64,000 nucleotides of DNA, from contig OZ199839.1 of NCBI GenBank assembly GCA_964304625.1, forward strand, positions 8,040,497 to 8,104,496. Reading direction: 5' to 3'. Positions 63,255 through 64,000 of the stretch are shown here, piece after piece. A program made the translations under genes and the position numbers. Source of the stretch: Kudoa neothunni. Taxonomy: Eukaryota > Animalia > Cnidaria. The stretch's first letter is position 1; every line of letters begins with the position of its first letter. A model generated the notes under the pieces. The model was not told where the DNA came from, made no database searches, and saw only the letters and a list, made by a program, of their open reading frames with translations.

Positions 63255-64000
63255 ATGTTGGTCATTGCATTGTTAATCATTTCTCTCTGCTACAATGGTG
63301 AAATAAGCTGGAAGTGGGATTATCTATAATAGATATATTTAGCCCACTCACACAAATACTACGTCCAACGAGATCAAACCGAATTAGAGGATACAATCCA
63401 TTTAAAACTTGAAGGAGTTTCTGGAAGTAAATGCAACGTTCAATTGTTGGAAAGAAACGAATTTTTCTATCACTATATTGGGAGTGAATCTGAAGGAAAA
63501 CAACTTAAGGATGTCTCTTGTGTCGGGAAATACACTATTCCAACTGGAGCTGCTTTTCCATTCTATTATGTACAGATAAGATCCGAATATGCAACTGAAA
63601 CTCTTAAAATAATCCATAGTAATTCTATTTTTTGAATATTTTTTCCTAATTTTCTTATAGTCACTGACAGTATTCCTCAAACTCAATTTAAAGTAAATGA
63701 AACTTCAATCGAATTCACCACTAAAAATGTCTGCAGTCATCCTCAAACTTGTAAACTAACAAGTGGTGACAAGGTCCTGGATGAGTTTACTCCAACCTCT
63801 GAAACCGAGTGCAACACTGAAACCAAGCTCACCGGGTTTTTTGATTCAGTCGGTGATTCAGTCGAACTCTCTTGTGGTGTCAATCAGCCAAAAATACACA
63901 TGTATAGAAAAAATAACAAGGCTATGGAATTCAGTCCTTTGGACAAACTTCCCTATCACATTGTTAAAGGAGATGCGGATAATAAGATAAAAATCGTTTT
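63255..64000 (+). CDS. Family B copy B2, 5' part (truncated by window end)
   Basis: MLVIALLIISLCYN start identical to B1, with the same introns 1 and 2. Reading frame is open without the extra bases seen in B1. Confidence 0.85.

Noticed and set aside
1-64000. CRISPR array, rRNA or prokaryotic defence system
   Set aside because: No regularly spaced short direct repeats, rRNA-like sequence or cas-like ORFs were seen; the window is eukaryotic.
1-64000. Ciliate-type alternative genetic code (suggested by AT richness and tiny introns)
   Set aside because: TAA and TAG terminate the reconstructed genes right after the TM or tail and do not occur within the intact exons of A2 or C.

Overview
AT-rich eukaryotic DNA (standard genetic code, tiny 39-51 nt GT-AG introns), not a prokaryotic window; the ORF track is fragmented because the genes are spliced. 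Joining exons by hand reveals a cluster of one superfamily of signal-peptide-bearing, cysteine-rich proteins built from ~95-135 aa modules. Several modules carry a fibronectin type III-like L-x-P-x-T-x-Y motif, and nearly all carry a C...C-xn-C-x3-C pattern. Family A has five ~2.9-kb, 10-exon copies (A1-A5; 7 modules, then TM helix and short tail). Family B has two copies (6 modules plus TM; B2 is cut by the window end). Family C has one intact copy plus an orphan last exon (6 modules plus a Thr-rich tail). The A copies show hypervariable loops within a conserved cysteine framework, a variable N-terminus with a near-invariant membrane-proximal end, and patchwork sharing of short sequence blocks between copies. 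This pattern suggests a recombination/gene-conversion-diversified surface antigen or receptor family (inference). Intergenic DNA is filled with degenerate, often nested DNA transposons (piggyBac, hAT, Merlin/ISXO2, pogo/Tigger, a Helitron-like element, a TA-flanked MITE) and two copies of a tRNA-derived SINE. The organism cannot be identified from the sequence; a compact-intron animal parasite such as a myxozoan is plausible but unproven. All splice models and coordinates were derived by eye.
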